NCBI RefSeq assembly: GCF_006345805.1
Contig: NC_042999.1
Coordinates: 174,096,001-174,160,000, forward strand
DNA length: 64,000 nucleotides
Direction: 5' to 3'
DNA from: Octopus sinensis
Taxonomy: Eukaryota
This document shows positions 1 through 15,477 of the stretch, in pieces. Below the pieces are notes generated by a model that saw nothing but the letters and a program-made list of their open reading frames with translations, made no database searches and was not told where the DNA came from. The position numbers and the translations under genes were made by a program. Within the stretch, counting starts at the first letter, position 1. Each line of letters starts with the position of its first letter.

Positions 1-40
1 CCTGTCTTCGTCTTTTGTTTTTTTCGTGAATTCTCCCTAT
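1..40 (+). mobile_element. 3' end of the (TA)n-embedded repeat family also seen at 55331-55493
   Basis: cctgtcttcgtcttttgttttttt-cgtgaattctccctata resembles cctgccttcgtcttttctttctttcgtaaactctccctata at about 55456-55496; followed by (TA)n. Confidence 0.6.
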
Positions 41-585
41 ATATATATACATATACATATATATATACATATACATATACATATATATATATATATATTT
101 ATATATAGGGGTACGGGCACTTGTATATGATTAAACATCTCTTTCAATTCATCTGTTTGCTGTTTGTTCCTTTTCCTCTGCTCTTTGTCTGTTATCTGCT
201 CTGCAAATAACTTTTGTCAAAATCTCCTTTTCCATTTCTCTTCCACTCTCTCCACTCTCTCCCCACCTATCTCTCTCTTTGTCTCTCTCGCACTCCAATT
301 GTCTTACCTATCGTGTCTGCTATTCGCCATCGTCTTCACAATGATATTAACAGAACAACAAAATTTTACTGTTCGCGCTGGTAGATATCATTTCATAATC
401 ATAACATTTCAATCGACCGAACAATCGTATATCCTTATACATCGCTGATCACAATGCGCTACAATTCTTATATATATATATGTATATAAGTATATGTACA
501 TATGTAAATATGTATGTATATTTATATATGTATGTATATATATGTATATAATATATATATATATATATATATGTATGAATGTATG

Positions 586-621
<36 letters not shown>

Positions 622-663
622 ATTGTGTACGTATGTGTGTGTGTGTATCTATAAATATATATA

Positions 664-880
664 GTAGACGAGTTCAGCAAAAATTTTAGATTCAGATGAA
701 TATGGTACTTACGTTGAGGCACCAGTATTTAGTACGGTATTATCCATACAATTTCAAAATAAGGTTATTAAAACCAAAATAAGCAACAAGGATATCCAGA
801 GGTAATGTACTACGATCGTTTCACGCAACACCATTTAATTGAACATTACAACCATTACATCAATTTAAATGCAAAGCAAT
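664..880 (-). mobile_element. Truncated, diverged copy of the HHR-bearing fold-back/pLTR family at 27531-28522
   Basis: Colinear with about 27541-27750 (agtacggtattatccata...aagcaacaaggatatccagaggtaatg...tacgatcgtttca...catcaatttaaa-tgcaaagcaat); similarity ends just before the CTGAAGA core. Confidence 0.85.
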
Positions 881-2289
881 TTGATTAATTTATATCCATA
901 GATATCATTTAATAAGTTAATATTCAGATAAATCATAGGTATAAATATTAAACTGTCTTATATGTAATTTTCTTTTCCTCCCTTTATTGTAGTAAAATTT
1001 GGTATATGAAAGTGAGACCTGTCAAAGGGTGGAAGGGTGGAAGATCTAATGAGGAGTCAACGGCCATCCAACACTATGTGTACATATGTATGTATGCGTG
1101 TATGTATGCACGGGGACGTGGAAATACCTGGGTTGGTGTCCAGGCGTGCGGTTGGCCCACTGGTTGTGAGAGGCCCCTCTGTTGTTGTCACAACATCTCC
1201 CTAGAAGAGGGAAACCACAAGAAGGTATTTCTGGTCATTTGAACGCTTGTCATTGAATGATGAGTAAGGCCTGTTTTCATGGGCTGTTCGGGGACACGCG
1301 TTAGTATCAATACGTCACAGGCTTCTGGTAAGTGGAAAGCAGTTCTATCGCAATGAATGGAACTTGTTTGTCTTACTCTCGTAAGAAATTTCAGTGAAAT
1401 TTAAATTTTAGTCAAAATTTATATATGGTTTAAAATTAGTGAACAGTTCATTCTTGATAAATGCATACACACATGTACATACATACATATATTTCTATAA
1501 GTGTGTGCGTGTTTATGCATGTGTGTACAATTGTTTGTTGCGTACATTAATGTATGTGTGTAAAGTTATCATTATGGTCATGTACAACAACTACTTGAAT
1601 AATTGAGCAACCATACCTATATGTAAATAAACAATTATATTAATTCACATGAAATGCTATATAATGTTCATTTATGCAAAACTATAATTTGTTCCATACC
1701 ATATATGCGTCTAAGTTTGCTTGTGTACGTGCAGATATTTATGCATAAATATGAATATTTTAAAATTTTCATTTATGCAATAAATCTCTCTTTATGCATA
1801 TATATTTGCAATCGTAAACATAATATGCAATATAATGACAATTAGTTGCAGTTCAGGATCATGACCTACAGGATCTTAATGGATATAATGAGCATTCAGG
1901 TATCATTTGACGTTCACATAACAACATGCTTGAAATGAACTTTTCGAAAGGTTATTTCGAAACAATGGACAATAACAGCTTTTCGTGATGCACCCTTTCT
2001 TCGTTTCGGCGACAATATTGTAATAAAATTTCTGTACTAAAATAACGATGATGGTGTGCAGATACTGAGGGAAAATTCATAGTAAAAATAGTTGAGGTGT
2101 CAGACGTTAACGATCCGTTCACGTTCAAAATTGCTCGTGGCTTTTGAATTTCTTTTGACCAAGTAGCATTTGTTTTAGGCAAAAATATTGTTGCCACTCT
2201 ACTAGCATGTGTGTGTGTTTGTCTGTGTGTGTGGGGGGGTGTTTGTATGTGTGTGTGTGCATATGGTCAGGTCAAGAAAATTTTGCTTC

Positions 2290-3830
2290 TGGTTCAAGGT
2301 AACACAGAAATACTCGTTTTATGGTCCGGTGTTCGGCGACTAAACCGGATCTCCTACCCTGTTGATCCAGGTGAGAAAAGTGTAGTGGACACTCTGCAGA
2401 TCTAAAAAGAAAACCTGTCAAAAGATGGGTGAGCTTATTGTGAGCCAGCAGCCATCTACAAGAGTGATGTCTTGTAACAACATCTTACATGTAGGTTGGC
2501 GAACCGCGCACCTGGTCTAAGACTGTAGCCACGATAACTCCAATGAAAATCATACTGCTCACTTCTATCCCGGCTAAGACGTAGCCCGGTTTAACAATCC
2601 CTTCCTCAACCTAGGGAACTCTTGTGGGCCTGACGAAGAGTATTCTAAAAGAAACAACAAAGACCAGCCTTGAATTCATCCAAAACCGACTCGCCCTCAG
2701 ATCCACCTTTTGACAACTTACTCTTCTGGCCTCCTTCAACACTCGCACGATAAACTCACTCTAGAGACAAGGCGATCTGATCGCAGAGACCGACAGACTT
2801 AAAGTCCCAGCCGTTAGCATTCAAGAATACAGAATCCATGGCCCAAACTTTCTAATATCGTTTACTACTCATCAACTAGTACATGATGATATGCACCAAC
2901 CCTCGTTGACTGGAATGCATGTCTACTGATCACACTACAAAATTCATGGACATTTCCAAACAAATCAAATAGAAACTCTAATAGCTTTTCAGACTTTCAG
3001 TTAGCAACCGTACTTTTCTCTGAAAACACAGACTTCTGCAAGCGCAAGGCAATATTTTTTTTGGGGGGGGGCGCACAAAGGCCCACGTAAAACGTTGTTA
3101 CAAACTGACAAAATGGTTTGTCATTGAATATATCGTAATTCTATTTGGGACTGCAATATCTACACATTTCGTCCAATCGAACGAGACCATAGGATCCTGG
3201 CTGCTACGATAAAACTCATCTCCGTTATAATCAACCAAAGAGCAAAAGCCACTTCGATGTATATGGTCTTCCTCATCCAACCTAGATACTTCCATATCTT
3301 TTGTTATAATATGCAAGAATACATTCGCCGAACTCAATGAAGAACTTCCTGAGAATATCATCACAACTTGGAGAAAATCATCTCATTCAACAGCAACACC
3401 ACTTCCACGGACAATTTTGTTGTAACATCAATCTCAACACTGCTCACCAATATTCCACCTGATGAAATTAATTTTATGGAAGCACTAACTGCTGCTAAAC
3501 AGCTCAAAACTAACAAATTGTGTGGGGCAGATTGTGTGCCTCCTAAGGTTCTTCGGAATCTCGAGTTACTTCTTTTACTTATTTTTCTTCTAAATTCAAT
3601 TTATATCAGCTGTCAACCTCCGTCAGAATTCAAGCTGAACTGCGTCATTCCTGTTCTGAAATAGAGAGGTCTATAAGAATACATTAGCCTGATGTCATGC
3701 TCAGCCAAACTTTCCAGCTATATCATTCTCAATCGCACCCAAAACCCTATCGAAACGCTACGCCCATCAAAGAAAAACGGTTTTTGCAAAGGTTGCTCCA
3801 CCGTTGAATCTATTTTAACTATTTTTAATC
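2290..3830 (+). mobile_element. Degenerate APE-type LINE (RTE-like): 5' region, endonuclease start and RT start
   Basis: About 2720-2835 translates LLASFNTRTINSL*RQGDLIAETDRLKVPAVSIQEYRI (APE N-terminus). 3368-3800 gives ALTAAKQLKTNKLCGADCVPP...VIPVLK then SLMSCSAKL...KNGFCKGCSTVESI (RT N-terminal motifs) with stops and frameshifts. Confidence 0.7.
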
Positions 3831-3943
3831 TTCACATTCTTTTACAATCCTGTGACAAGTAACGGCTGATACCAATGTCTGTCCATAAAAATAACTCTCC
3901 TACAAGGATGAGATTTAATTTAATGGTCACTAAATCGATTTAG

Positions 3944-4034
3944 AAAGCAACGTAATCGAAACTTACGATGAAGAATTTGTGACTGACGTTGATAAGACTG
4001 AGATTGATGATGACGATGTTAAGAAGGAGACACT
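3944..4034 (+). CDS. Candidate small internal exon, acidic peptide SNVIETYDEEFVTDVDKTEIDDDDVKKETL
   Basis: cactaaatcgatttag| acceptor and |gtacgt donor; only one frame open (phase 1 to 2); no homology recognised. Confidence 0.3.
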
Positions 4035-4038
4035 GTAC

Positions 4039-4053
4039 GTGTATGTATGTATG

Positions 4054-4087
<34 letters not shown>

Positions 4088-4118
4088 TGTATGTATGTAT
4101 GTATGTATGTATGTATGT
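4039..4118. repeat. (GTAT)n microsatellite
   Basis: Direct inspection. Confidence 0.95.
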
Positions 4119-4277
4119 TTCCATTCATATTTTTGTATCTCAATGCATTCTAGTCGTCATCACGTATTTTAATAAATGAATTAAGTAATCAAGTCTAGAT
4201 TTTATAAATGCAAATGAGAGATTTAGTTATCTCCCACCGATATTCGGGCACAAATATATATACACACACACACACAT

Positions 4278-4338
<61 letters not shown>

Positions 4339-4347
4339 CATATATGT

Positions 4348-4379
<32 letters not shown>

Positions 4380-5234
4380 ATATATATATATTATATATAT
4401 ATATATATTATATACATATATATATATATATATATATAGTTTTAAAGAAATTTATGCAGATATTTGCTTCAATAACGATAACTATATAAATAAATGATGG
4501 GGAAATCATTTTCAGCTCGAATCAAAAGTATATTGCAAACTCGAATTGTTGAAATCTTTTACTTCACGTCGTCTCTTCGAAATACTATTGACAATATGGA
4601 TTCCTTGTATATTAGACACAACAAGCCTATATTTTAGGAGAAAGAAATGGGGATTCTGATATTCATGCTTTTCGCAGAGACATTAACTGCCTAAGGAAAA
4701 TGGAATGACTTCATTCAGAAATTAAATCTTATCACTAACTCAGTTGGCCTTACTTTTCTCAATGCTTGCCACAAAATTATCGACAATACTGACAGTTAGA
4801 ATTATAATATATTCATTCATTTGTTCTGCTTTTGAAGTGATATGTTACGTTCTTGCTCATAAAGCCCAAAGAGAATACATCAATTCAAAATATAAGAATT
4901 TCAGTGTTTATTACAAATAGGGACAAAATGCATTGGAATGTTATTAATATCTTGTCATGACGAGCTGTTGAATTATTTTTTTCTTTTATTGTTATGTTAA
5001 TAGAAATACGTTTTCTTTTCAATATCGTTGTCGTCAGTCTTAATCTATATTTTCTGTTCCTTCCGTAAATCATTTTAACGTTCCTTGCTGCCAATAACTT
5101 GCTCACTTAATTTCATATTTATATGATATTTGCTAGGAATTTTACAGTAAAGCAACACTTTTCTTTCTATAATTCTATAGTTTTCCCATTGTTGCATAAC
5201 ATCTTACTGTTAATTTACTTTGTGTGAGTGTGTC

Positions 5235-5301
<67 letters not shown>

Positions 5302-5310
5302 CAGATAGAC

Positions 5311-5402
<92 letters not shown>

Positions 5403-5412
5403 TAGATAGATA
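5235..5412. repeat. (GATA)n microsatellite with GACA variants
   Basis: Direct inspection. Confidence 0.95.
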
Positions 5413-5473
5413 AAAAGCTAGCCGTTATCTACATTTACAAAACAATTTTTCTTTCCATTTATTTTTCTCATAT

Positions 5474-5514
<41 letters not shown>

Positions 5515-5553
5515 GTATGCATGTATATGTGTATATATATGTATATGTACATA

Positions 5554-5640
<87 letters not shown>

Positions 5641-5811
5641 GTATATATGTATATATGAATATTTACATGCATATATATGCATATATATATGTATATACAC
5701 ATATATATATATATACATACATGTATATGTATGTGCGTGTGTGTATGTATATTGCTTTCTCTTGTTTGCTATAACTGGTCTGTTAGATTATTTCTGTTAT
5801 TGTTATTCCAG

Positions 5812-5883
5812 AAAGTATTGTTGTTCTTTCTTTTGTTGCAAACTTTTATGAAAAACACGTGCAACTTCCGTTCCAATGCATAG
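5812..5883 (+). CDS. Candidate 72-bp symmetric exon [23 protein letters not shown]
   Basis: ttctgttattgttattccag| acceptor, ATAG|gtgagt donor, open in phase 1-1; no homology recognised. Confidence 0.3.
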   Translation, partial: KVLLFFLLLQTFMKNTCNFRSNA

Positions 5884-7253
5884 GTGAGTGTATTTGATTA
5901 ATACGTGTTTATATATACACATACATATTTTTTAATATTATATATTGTATGCGTGTGTGGTTATATACAAACATACATACTCATGAAGGCATTTACATAC
6001 ACACACGTGCATGTAAATGTAATTATATATGCACACATACATGTGTGAATGCATCTATGTATATGCCAGAGTATGCGTGTGTATGAGAGTATGTGTGTGG
6101 GCGATTTTTGTTGCTTTTTTTGTTTTTGTTCTTTAGTATTTTCCTTTCCAGCAGCATTAAGAATATGTTTTCATTTCCTGTTTAGTTTTATCGGTGATCA
6201 TTCAATTTTATATAAAAAGGATTTTAAAAGAGAAATAGAAAATCGAGAATAAAATACCTAATTAATTTCTACATTAAGGTTTTAATATATTCCGCGATAA
6301 TAAAAGTTAGCAATTCTCAAAGAAGAAACATTCCCCACAAGTGTTAAACTAAATTCCAATTCCCATCAACTCAAAACAAGTCAGTAACGTATCTGATTGA
6401 AACTAGTCGACCATTATATCAAATTATTTGCTGGTTTAAGTCTAATGTTTCTCCATCATGGCCTGCTTTACTAAATCCTACGCAAATTCACCAAGTTGAA
6501 AATAAATCATTATTACTCAATATTTATAATAACGTGGCCGAAACGTTTGAATAGTTGACTTATTTGCATTGGAGGAGCAATGTGACTTTTTGTGTTCGAT
6601 ACTTTGGTCAAATCTCGTTCAAAAGGTTCCCTCTTCGATGTTGATGAGTATCCAGCTGAGTTTTACTAACTGAACATGGCGTATTACAAGCTATATGTAA
6701 ACAACAAGGTGTTTAAAAGTTGATCATATATACATAAATATGCATATATATATCAAATCTATACTTCTTCCAGCAAATCGGCTGTGGCCATGCTGGACGT
6801 CGACATTAATGTTAGATTATTTCATATCCACGCCCTTCTCTCTAAGATTGATTTTCGTAAAGAAAAAGGTGCAAATTGCTACCCTTATTTGTGTTTCCTG
6901 CCTTGACATTGGTTCAGTCTGTGATCCCAGATAGAAAGCCGCCAAGGTATATGTTTAAATACATTTACATTTACACCTGGGTCTTAGATAATATATTAAA
7001 ATTTGTGTACCTTTGCGCCCTAAGCTGTTACTGTAATTGAATCACGCCCTTGATGGTGGGGAATATATTGAAATATTTTCTGTTCCTTCCATAAATCTTA
7101 GAAAGGTTATTACGTAAGAACTATCGTACATAACTTATAACTATTCGAAACACATGTATTAAATACATTCAAAATTTGGTTTGTGTTTATTCTGGTGTAT
7201 ACAATCCACGCTTGTATATATATATATATATATAATATATATATATATATTAT

Positions 7254-7300
<47 letters not shown>

Positions 7301-7437
7301 GCATACATATATATAATACACAGATACATACATTCATACATACATACATACACACATATATAAATACATGCATACATACATATCTAAAGCACAAACAATA
7401 ATGAATAATTATATATTTTCAATTCTTAATTTATAAT

Positions 7438-9070
7438 CCATAATTCGCCTGCGCACGTTTCAAATGTGTCGGTGTTAAGTAATACAATGATTCGTTAATT
7501 CTGCACATAAATCGTTCTGTAATTAACCGAGAAGAGTATTACATAGATCTAGAAAGCCAACGCTCGTGCATCTTCCTCAGAGCAACCACATTGCGAATAA
7601 CGTAGAACATAGAAATATCAGGGTACTAAACCACCCACTTCTGTGCAAAGCCAGAAATGGGTGAAGGGAAATATAATCCTTGGTGGTATTGCAAAATGAA
7701 ACGGCTTGAACTTCTATTGTAGTTATACTTTTATTGTCCTAGACTAAAATTGATAAAAATGGATGAGACAAATATATTCCAAGTAGTACCAAAATATATT
7801 ATTATTTAGGTCAGACAAATTGTTAATACTGATACCTACAGAGAAGTCATTGGCGTAGAAGACAGACTAGTTAATTAAAGTTAGAAAGAGAAAAATGATC
7901 TGCGATTTAATTCTATTTATGAGATTGTAATCTGTTGATGAGAAAATATTTCAAAATTAAGCTAAGAAGAATGAAATGAATTCAGTATGTATGGTAGGAT
8001 TTAAGAACGAAAGAACTGAAAGGCCCTCAATAGATAAAGCACAACTGATTAAATTAATAAATCGATGGGAGAATTACAATGTTAGAAAATGAAAGCTAGT
8101 TAAGAGTTGTATGATAACTAAATGCATCGCCTTAAGAATTACTAAGGATAATCAAGATACGAACACTGTTAAAACAATTAAAACCAAATAAGAGAATATA
8201 ATATGAATAAAAACTAATAATAACACTATATCATTAATGAAATTAAATCAAATTTTAAAATTCAGTACCTTCTAGTATAAGAATTATAGTAACACTAGCG
8301 CTAGAATTACTATCATCTTTTTCTCATACTATACTTTATTTGGTTTTCATCAACATACTTGGTTTTAATGGTTTTAAAATTGTTCATATCTTGATTATCA
8401 TAAGTAATTCTTAAAGCGATTTATTACACTTAAATATCTTTAATTTTCTAGCATTTTAATTCTCTCCAATTTAATCAGTTGTACTTTATTTATTGAGAAA
8501 CCTTTCAGTTTTTTCTTTCTTAATTAGTGGGGTTTTTTTCTTAAATCCCACCATACATACTGAATTCATTTCACTCTTCTTAGCTTAATTTTGAAATATT
8601 TTCTCATCAACAGATTACAGTCTCATAAATAGAATTAAATCGCAGATCATTTTTCTCTTTCTAACATTAATTAACTTGTCTGTATTCAATGACTTCTCTA
8701 TAGGTATTAGCGTTAGCAATTTGTCTGACCTAAATAATGATATATTTTTGTACTACCTGGAATATATTTCTCTCATCCATTTTTATCAATTTTAGTCGAG
8801 GACAATAAAAGTTTAACTATAGTAGAAAGTCATGCCGTTTCATATTTCAATACCATCTCAACCTTATGTGATTTACATTTTATAAGTATTATATTTTCTT
8901 TCACTCATTACTAGCTTTGAACGGACGTGGGCAGTTTAGTATTATACCCTGACACTTCTGTGTCCTACATTGTTCGCAGAGTAGTTGCTCTGAGGAATTA
9001 TGGATCGGTTTAGGTGCAGAATTAACGCATCTTTGCGTTACGCAACAGAGGCTCATCGGACGAATTATGA
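7438..9070. repeat. Large imperfect fold-back element (arms about 7488-8190 and 8357-9030)
   Basis: For example cttttattgtcctagactaaaattgataaaaatggatgagacaaatatattccaagtagtac (left) is the reverse complement of gtactacctggaatatatttctctcatccatttttatcaattttagtcgaggacaataaaag (right); alignable along about 700 bp. Confidence 0.9.
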
Positions 9071-9708
9071 ATTATAAACGCATGTGGACGAATTATGGAT
9101 TATAAATATGAAAAACTATAGATTATAAATCTGAAAAATATATATATAATTCATATATTTATATAATGTATGGATAATAATATATTCTTTTACAATATAC
9201 TGTGAAATTTTCAAAGCCGAGAATTGAACTTGGTAATCGGAGAAACGTACAATAGTAATTGATTGGACTACATGGTTCACAACGGTTATCCCTCATCGTT
9301 CTAGTTAGCCAGGTGCTGTAACTACAGAGTGCTCAAAATGTATTTGACCATCCCTACTCCTTTGTATATATGTGTATGTATATATAAATATATATATATA
9401 TATACAAGTGAGCATATGAATGCAAAACAAGGTGGTAACGACAGTACTCAAAACCGAAGGTAGATTAATATGCTTTTTTTATTAAAGCTGGAAAAACATG
9501 ATAAAAAACTGTTATTCAAGTTCCACTTTCTCGTTCGTCGGTCATTTATTCCCATAAACGTGAACGTGAAACTCTGGGTAACAGCTTTTTGTGATGGTTT
9601 TATAGTTTCAACTATTATATATATGTGTGTGTGTGTGTGTGTATACATATATACACACATATATATATGTGTGTGTATATATATATGTATACATACATAT
9701 ATATATAG

Positions 9709-9758
<50 letters not shown>

Positions 9759-9808
9759 GTACACATATATATATATATATATATATATATGCATATATAT
9801 GTATATAC

Positions 9809-9845
<37 letters not shown>

Positions 9846-9890
9846 TGAATATATATATACATATATACATATATATATACACATATATAC

Positions 9891-9963
<73 letters not shown>

Positions 9964-10199
9964 GGAATAAATGGTATAGCTATCAACTTTATACAGCTCA
10001 ACCAATTAGCGCTCTAATGAAGCTTCAGGATTATAAAATTTAGAAAGAGATAAGCAAATTTCAAAGCTTGGTGTATATATTCATTTAATCTATTTCAAAT
10101 TAGCAAAATTCTCCACAATATATATTATACATGGATGCGTTTACATATATGAGACATGATAAAAATTTATAAGAATTCACAAACACATATGCATACGAA

Positions 10200-11400
10200 G
10201 GTTTATAAATAAATACAAATTCATAAATATATAAAAATTTATAAATATTAATATATTGCGAGATCCGAATGTCCGTATTTGTATCAATGAGAAGGGTAGA
10301 TAAGAAAGTTAGTATAAGATGATTTATGAGGAATCCTTAATAAGTACAAAATCTTACAGCCGTTTCGCGAAGATATAGGTTGATTTGGGTGAGCTAACTC
10401 CAACCATAGCAGTTATCTATACTTCTGTCATCAGAGTTAAAGGTTTCAAAGAGTTGTTGAAATTTTAATAGATATAAGAGGTTTGAGAATTTTTAAAAAA
10501 CGAATGTTTAGTCGAACCATAATCTTCATGCAGATAATATAATTAAAATTAAAATTACAGGTTAAGATACATTACGATGCTATATATAATAGTATTTTAA
10601 GAAGAATCCATAATATGAAGGGTGACTAGATTAGGGTCCTATAGGCTAACTATTTTTAGGGAAGAGTTTAAAAGTGCAAGACATTTATGTCTACAGGTAA
10701 TTTTGACATCAGATATCTTATTAAGTAAGCTAATTTTGTTGGCATCGATTATGTGGATTGCCTCCTTCATGCATAAATTGCAATTTTTCGTGTATGTATT
10801 ATATGGTGTGGTTTATGTTATTATAGACCCATCTAGACGGAGTTCTTTATTGTGCATTTTTAATCTATTGATGTGGGTAGCTAGTGTGGTTGAATTTTTT
10901 GTTTCGCGGTTAGCAAATGAGTTTGTATTCGCCTTATATCTAATCTTAAAATCAGTCGTACTACCTGTAAATCTTTTTAGGTTCATTAAGGATTGAGACA
11001 TCAACTTTTTATACGACATTTCTCATTAAACAGAAAACTTTAGGGGACAACTCTCCCTATTACGACAATTAGATGTTTGTTTAATTTGTTTTGTTTCTCG
11101 GTTTAGTCTTTCTATTTTTAAAATCAGGGTTATTATTATTATTATTCATATTAAGGTCAGCTAAGTTATCATCTCTATTAGTGTCGTTATTTCTACGTTT
11201 AAGTCTATTGTTGACCGCGATTATAGATCCTAGATTGGGTGTGGTTGAGTACGATAATTTAAGGCAGGATCTGTTAAATATAGAGTGATATTTATTTGTT
11301 TCCCACTAGGAAAGCGTACTTTTACGACCAAGCCACCAAGTGTAGGTGGTTCCCACCCAAATTGAGAATCTTGCAAGCCAAATATAGAAACCAAATATAT
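10200..11400 (-). mobile_element. Penelope-like element 3' part: GIY-YIG endonuclease remnant plus 3' terminal repeat
   Basis: Minus-strand translations YHSIFNRSCLKLSYSTTPNLGSII, FTGSTTDFKIRYKANTNSFANRETKNSTTLATHINRLK and PYNTYTKNCNLCMKEAIHII...LLNKISDVKITCRHK match the PLE linker/GIY-YIG pattern. Confidence 0.8.
10349..10440 (-). ncRNA. Hammerhead-like motif (degenerate) 3' of the PLE endonuclease
   Basis: CTGATGA (10434-10428), extended helix II (gaagtatag...ctatatcttc), GAAAC GGCT GTA (10366-10355); helix II base and helix I are poorly paired. Confidence 0.55.
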
Positions 11401-11430
11401 GTGTATGCGTGTTTATATATATTATACATT

Positions 11431-11709
11431 TTTCATCTTTTATCTTTTATTTTCCTTCAGTCAGTTGACTGTGGCCATCCGAGGGCACCGCCCTGAAGTG
11501 TCTTAGCCAAATAAATTGACTCCAGGCTTTATTTTTTGAAGCCTAGTAATTATTCTATCGTTCTCTTTTACTGAACCGCTAGATTACGATGACGAAAGCG
11601 CACCAGTACCGGTTGTTAAGTGGCTGTGGGGGACAAGCGCAGACACAAAGACACACGCACATGGATATATACATATACATATTTGTGTGTGTGTGTGTGT
11701 GTGCGTGTG

Positions 11710-11754
<45 letters not shown>

Positions 11755-11907
11755 CTTCTTCCAGTTTCCATCAACCAAATCCACTCATAAGGTTTTGGTC
11801 AGCCCGAAGTTGTAGTTTTGGTCAGCCGAAAGGTGCCATGCTGTGGTACTGAACCCGGAACCATGTGGTTGGGAAGCAAACTACTTACCAGACAGCTACG
11901 CCCGCAT
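11431..11907 (-). mobile_element. tRNA-derived octopus-type SINE (same family as 26575-26992)
   Basis: The reverse complement has a tRNA-like head (gtctggtaagtagtttgcttcccaaccacatggttccgggttcagtaccacagc), an internal (CA)n, and the tail ggcggtgccctcggatggccacagtcaactgactgaagg. Confidence 0.85.
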
Positions 11908-12164
11908 ATCTTTTATGTCTTCATTCCAAGAAATAAAGCCTCACTTTTCTTCTACTTCGCATAATGGCTCATGCGTAGAACCGAGGCATTTTTTTTTTTT
12001 TTTTGGTTTAACAACATTGGATTATTAGCAATCTTGTATGTTAGATTACGTTATAATGTAAGCCATTCTATGAATCTTTTGGCTTTGCGCTTACTTCAAT
12101 AATGTAATATCTGTTAGCAAATTATAAACATGGTAAAATTAGAATTTTATCGGGTTACTGGCAG

Positions 12165-12236
12165 AATGATGAACGAATTTCATCCTACCTCCTATACTGC
12201 CCTGTTTACACATCCAAGATAGCTACTTTTCACTGG
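12165..12236 (+). CDS. Candidate exon NDERISSYLLYCPVYTSKIATFHW (alternative acceptor at 12143)
   Basis: Strong TGG|gtaagt donor and an open frame; C-x11-W spacing resembles Ig strands B-C; acceptor weak. Confidence 0.25.
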
Positions 12237-13635
12237 GTAAGTCCTTCTGGCTGTAGGTCTTTAGTTACTTTGTTTCATTTATCACAAGCTAAGCTTATGA
12301 TGGAGCACCGCTTTGAACAGTGCATAAGGAGATTTTACTAGTAAAAGCTGAAAGAAAAATGCAAAATAATAAATGACCTTTAATTATTATGACCTTTAAT
12401 TAGCCTGCGTGTAACTGTCTATGCATTAGAATATATAACATGCCTGTTAAAGAAAGCGGGAAAGACAAGGCATAAAATGCAATCTATGTGTAAGATAATC
12501 CATGGAAAGTATTTTGTTAAAAAGCATGGTAATGTCCACCATAAATTGTCTGAAGATAAATTCATGAAAATGATTGCGTTCAGAAACATAAATATTCACT
12601 GGCACATCAACCAGAAACTTCGATAAAACACGAATAACTAATAGATAGAAATTCAGTGATGTATAGAAAGGGCGAAGGAATACACAGATGAATGAGCGGT
12701 AGCTGAGATGTGAATTTCGAATATGAGATACGAAACAGCAAACACGCAAATACGAATACATATAGATGCAAGCACGAATCCACACACATACACACAAACA
12801 CATACTCAACCACTCACAAACACACGCACACACACATATACACACACACACGCACAAGTCCAATGCAAATATTCAAATATGTCTGTATGCATATTTATAT
12901 AAATATATAAACATAGATAGATAGGTAGATTGATTGATTGATGTATATATGTATATATATGTGTGTGTGTGTGTGTGTGTAATTATATATGTATATTGTA
13001 TATATATATACCTATTTTATGTGCAGACATTCGTGCGTATCTGTGTGCCTGTGTCTGTCTGTCTGTATGTATGTATGTATATATGTATGTATCTGTTTAT
13101 GTATGTATGTATGTATATATGTATGTATGCATGCATGTATGTATGTATGTATGTATATACATATATTTCACGCTTAAAAATCTGGTAGTACCTTTTCTTT
13201 GATGATGTCCAATAAGACCAAAATATGCCAGGGTTGTTCACATGCACTTTCACGAAGTCGCTCCCACAACATTCTATTTGAATGGAATGTAGTGGGGAGA
13301 GAGAGTAACTTTTTAATTAAAGTTAACTTAAATTCCTAGAATTGTTTCCCATGCTTACGAGTATTCATGAATATCATTATTGATTCTTCTCGCTACTTGT
13401 GTAGTTTTAATGAATTGAAGTTTATTGGTTCACTACATTAAGTTTTGTTACCGCAAACTCTAGCAATTGAATCAGTACATATCGCAATGGTTATGAATTT
13501 ATTTTCACAACCACGTCGTTCTGCATTCGGTTGGACTGTGTGCCAGCGTGTGTAAATATTTTCGACTGGGGCTTAGATTCACCAACATCTTTTCAGTGAA
13601 AGTTAAATGACGAAAACGGTACAAAAGATTGTCGA

Positions 13636-15477
<1,842 letters not shown>

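Noticed and set aside
1255-1305. ATGATGA-helix-GGGAC-ACGC-GTT hammerhead-like string
   Set aside because: Three invariant core positions are wrong; indistinguishable from chance.
2060-2195. IVKIVEVSDVNDPFTF resembling a cadherin DxND motif
   Set aside because: In-frame stops on both sides, and no other cadherin motifs (LDRE, AxDxG) nearby.
2618-2660. CTGACGA-AGAGTATTCT-AAAA-GAAAC
   Set aside because: Extra unpaired AAAA and no cleavage triplet or helix III.
6860-6946. Signal-peptide-like KLLPLFVFPALTLVQS
   Set aside because: No in-frame ATG after the upstream stop; the hydrophobicity may simply reflect a polypyrimidine tract.
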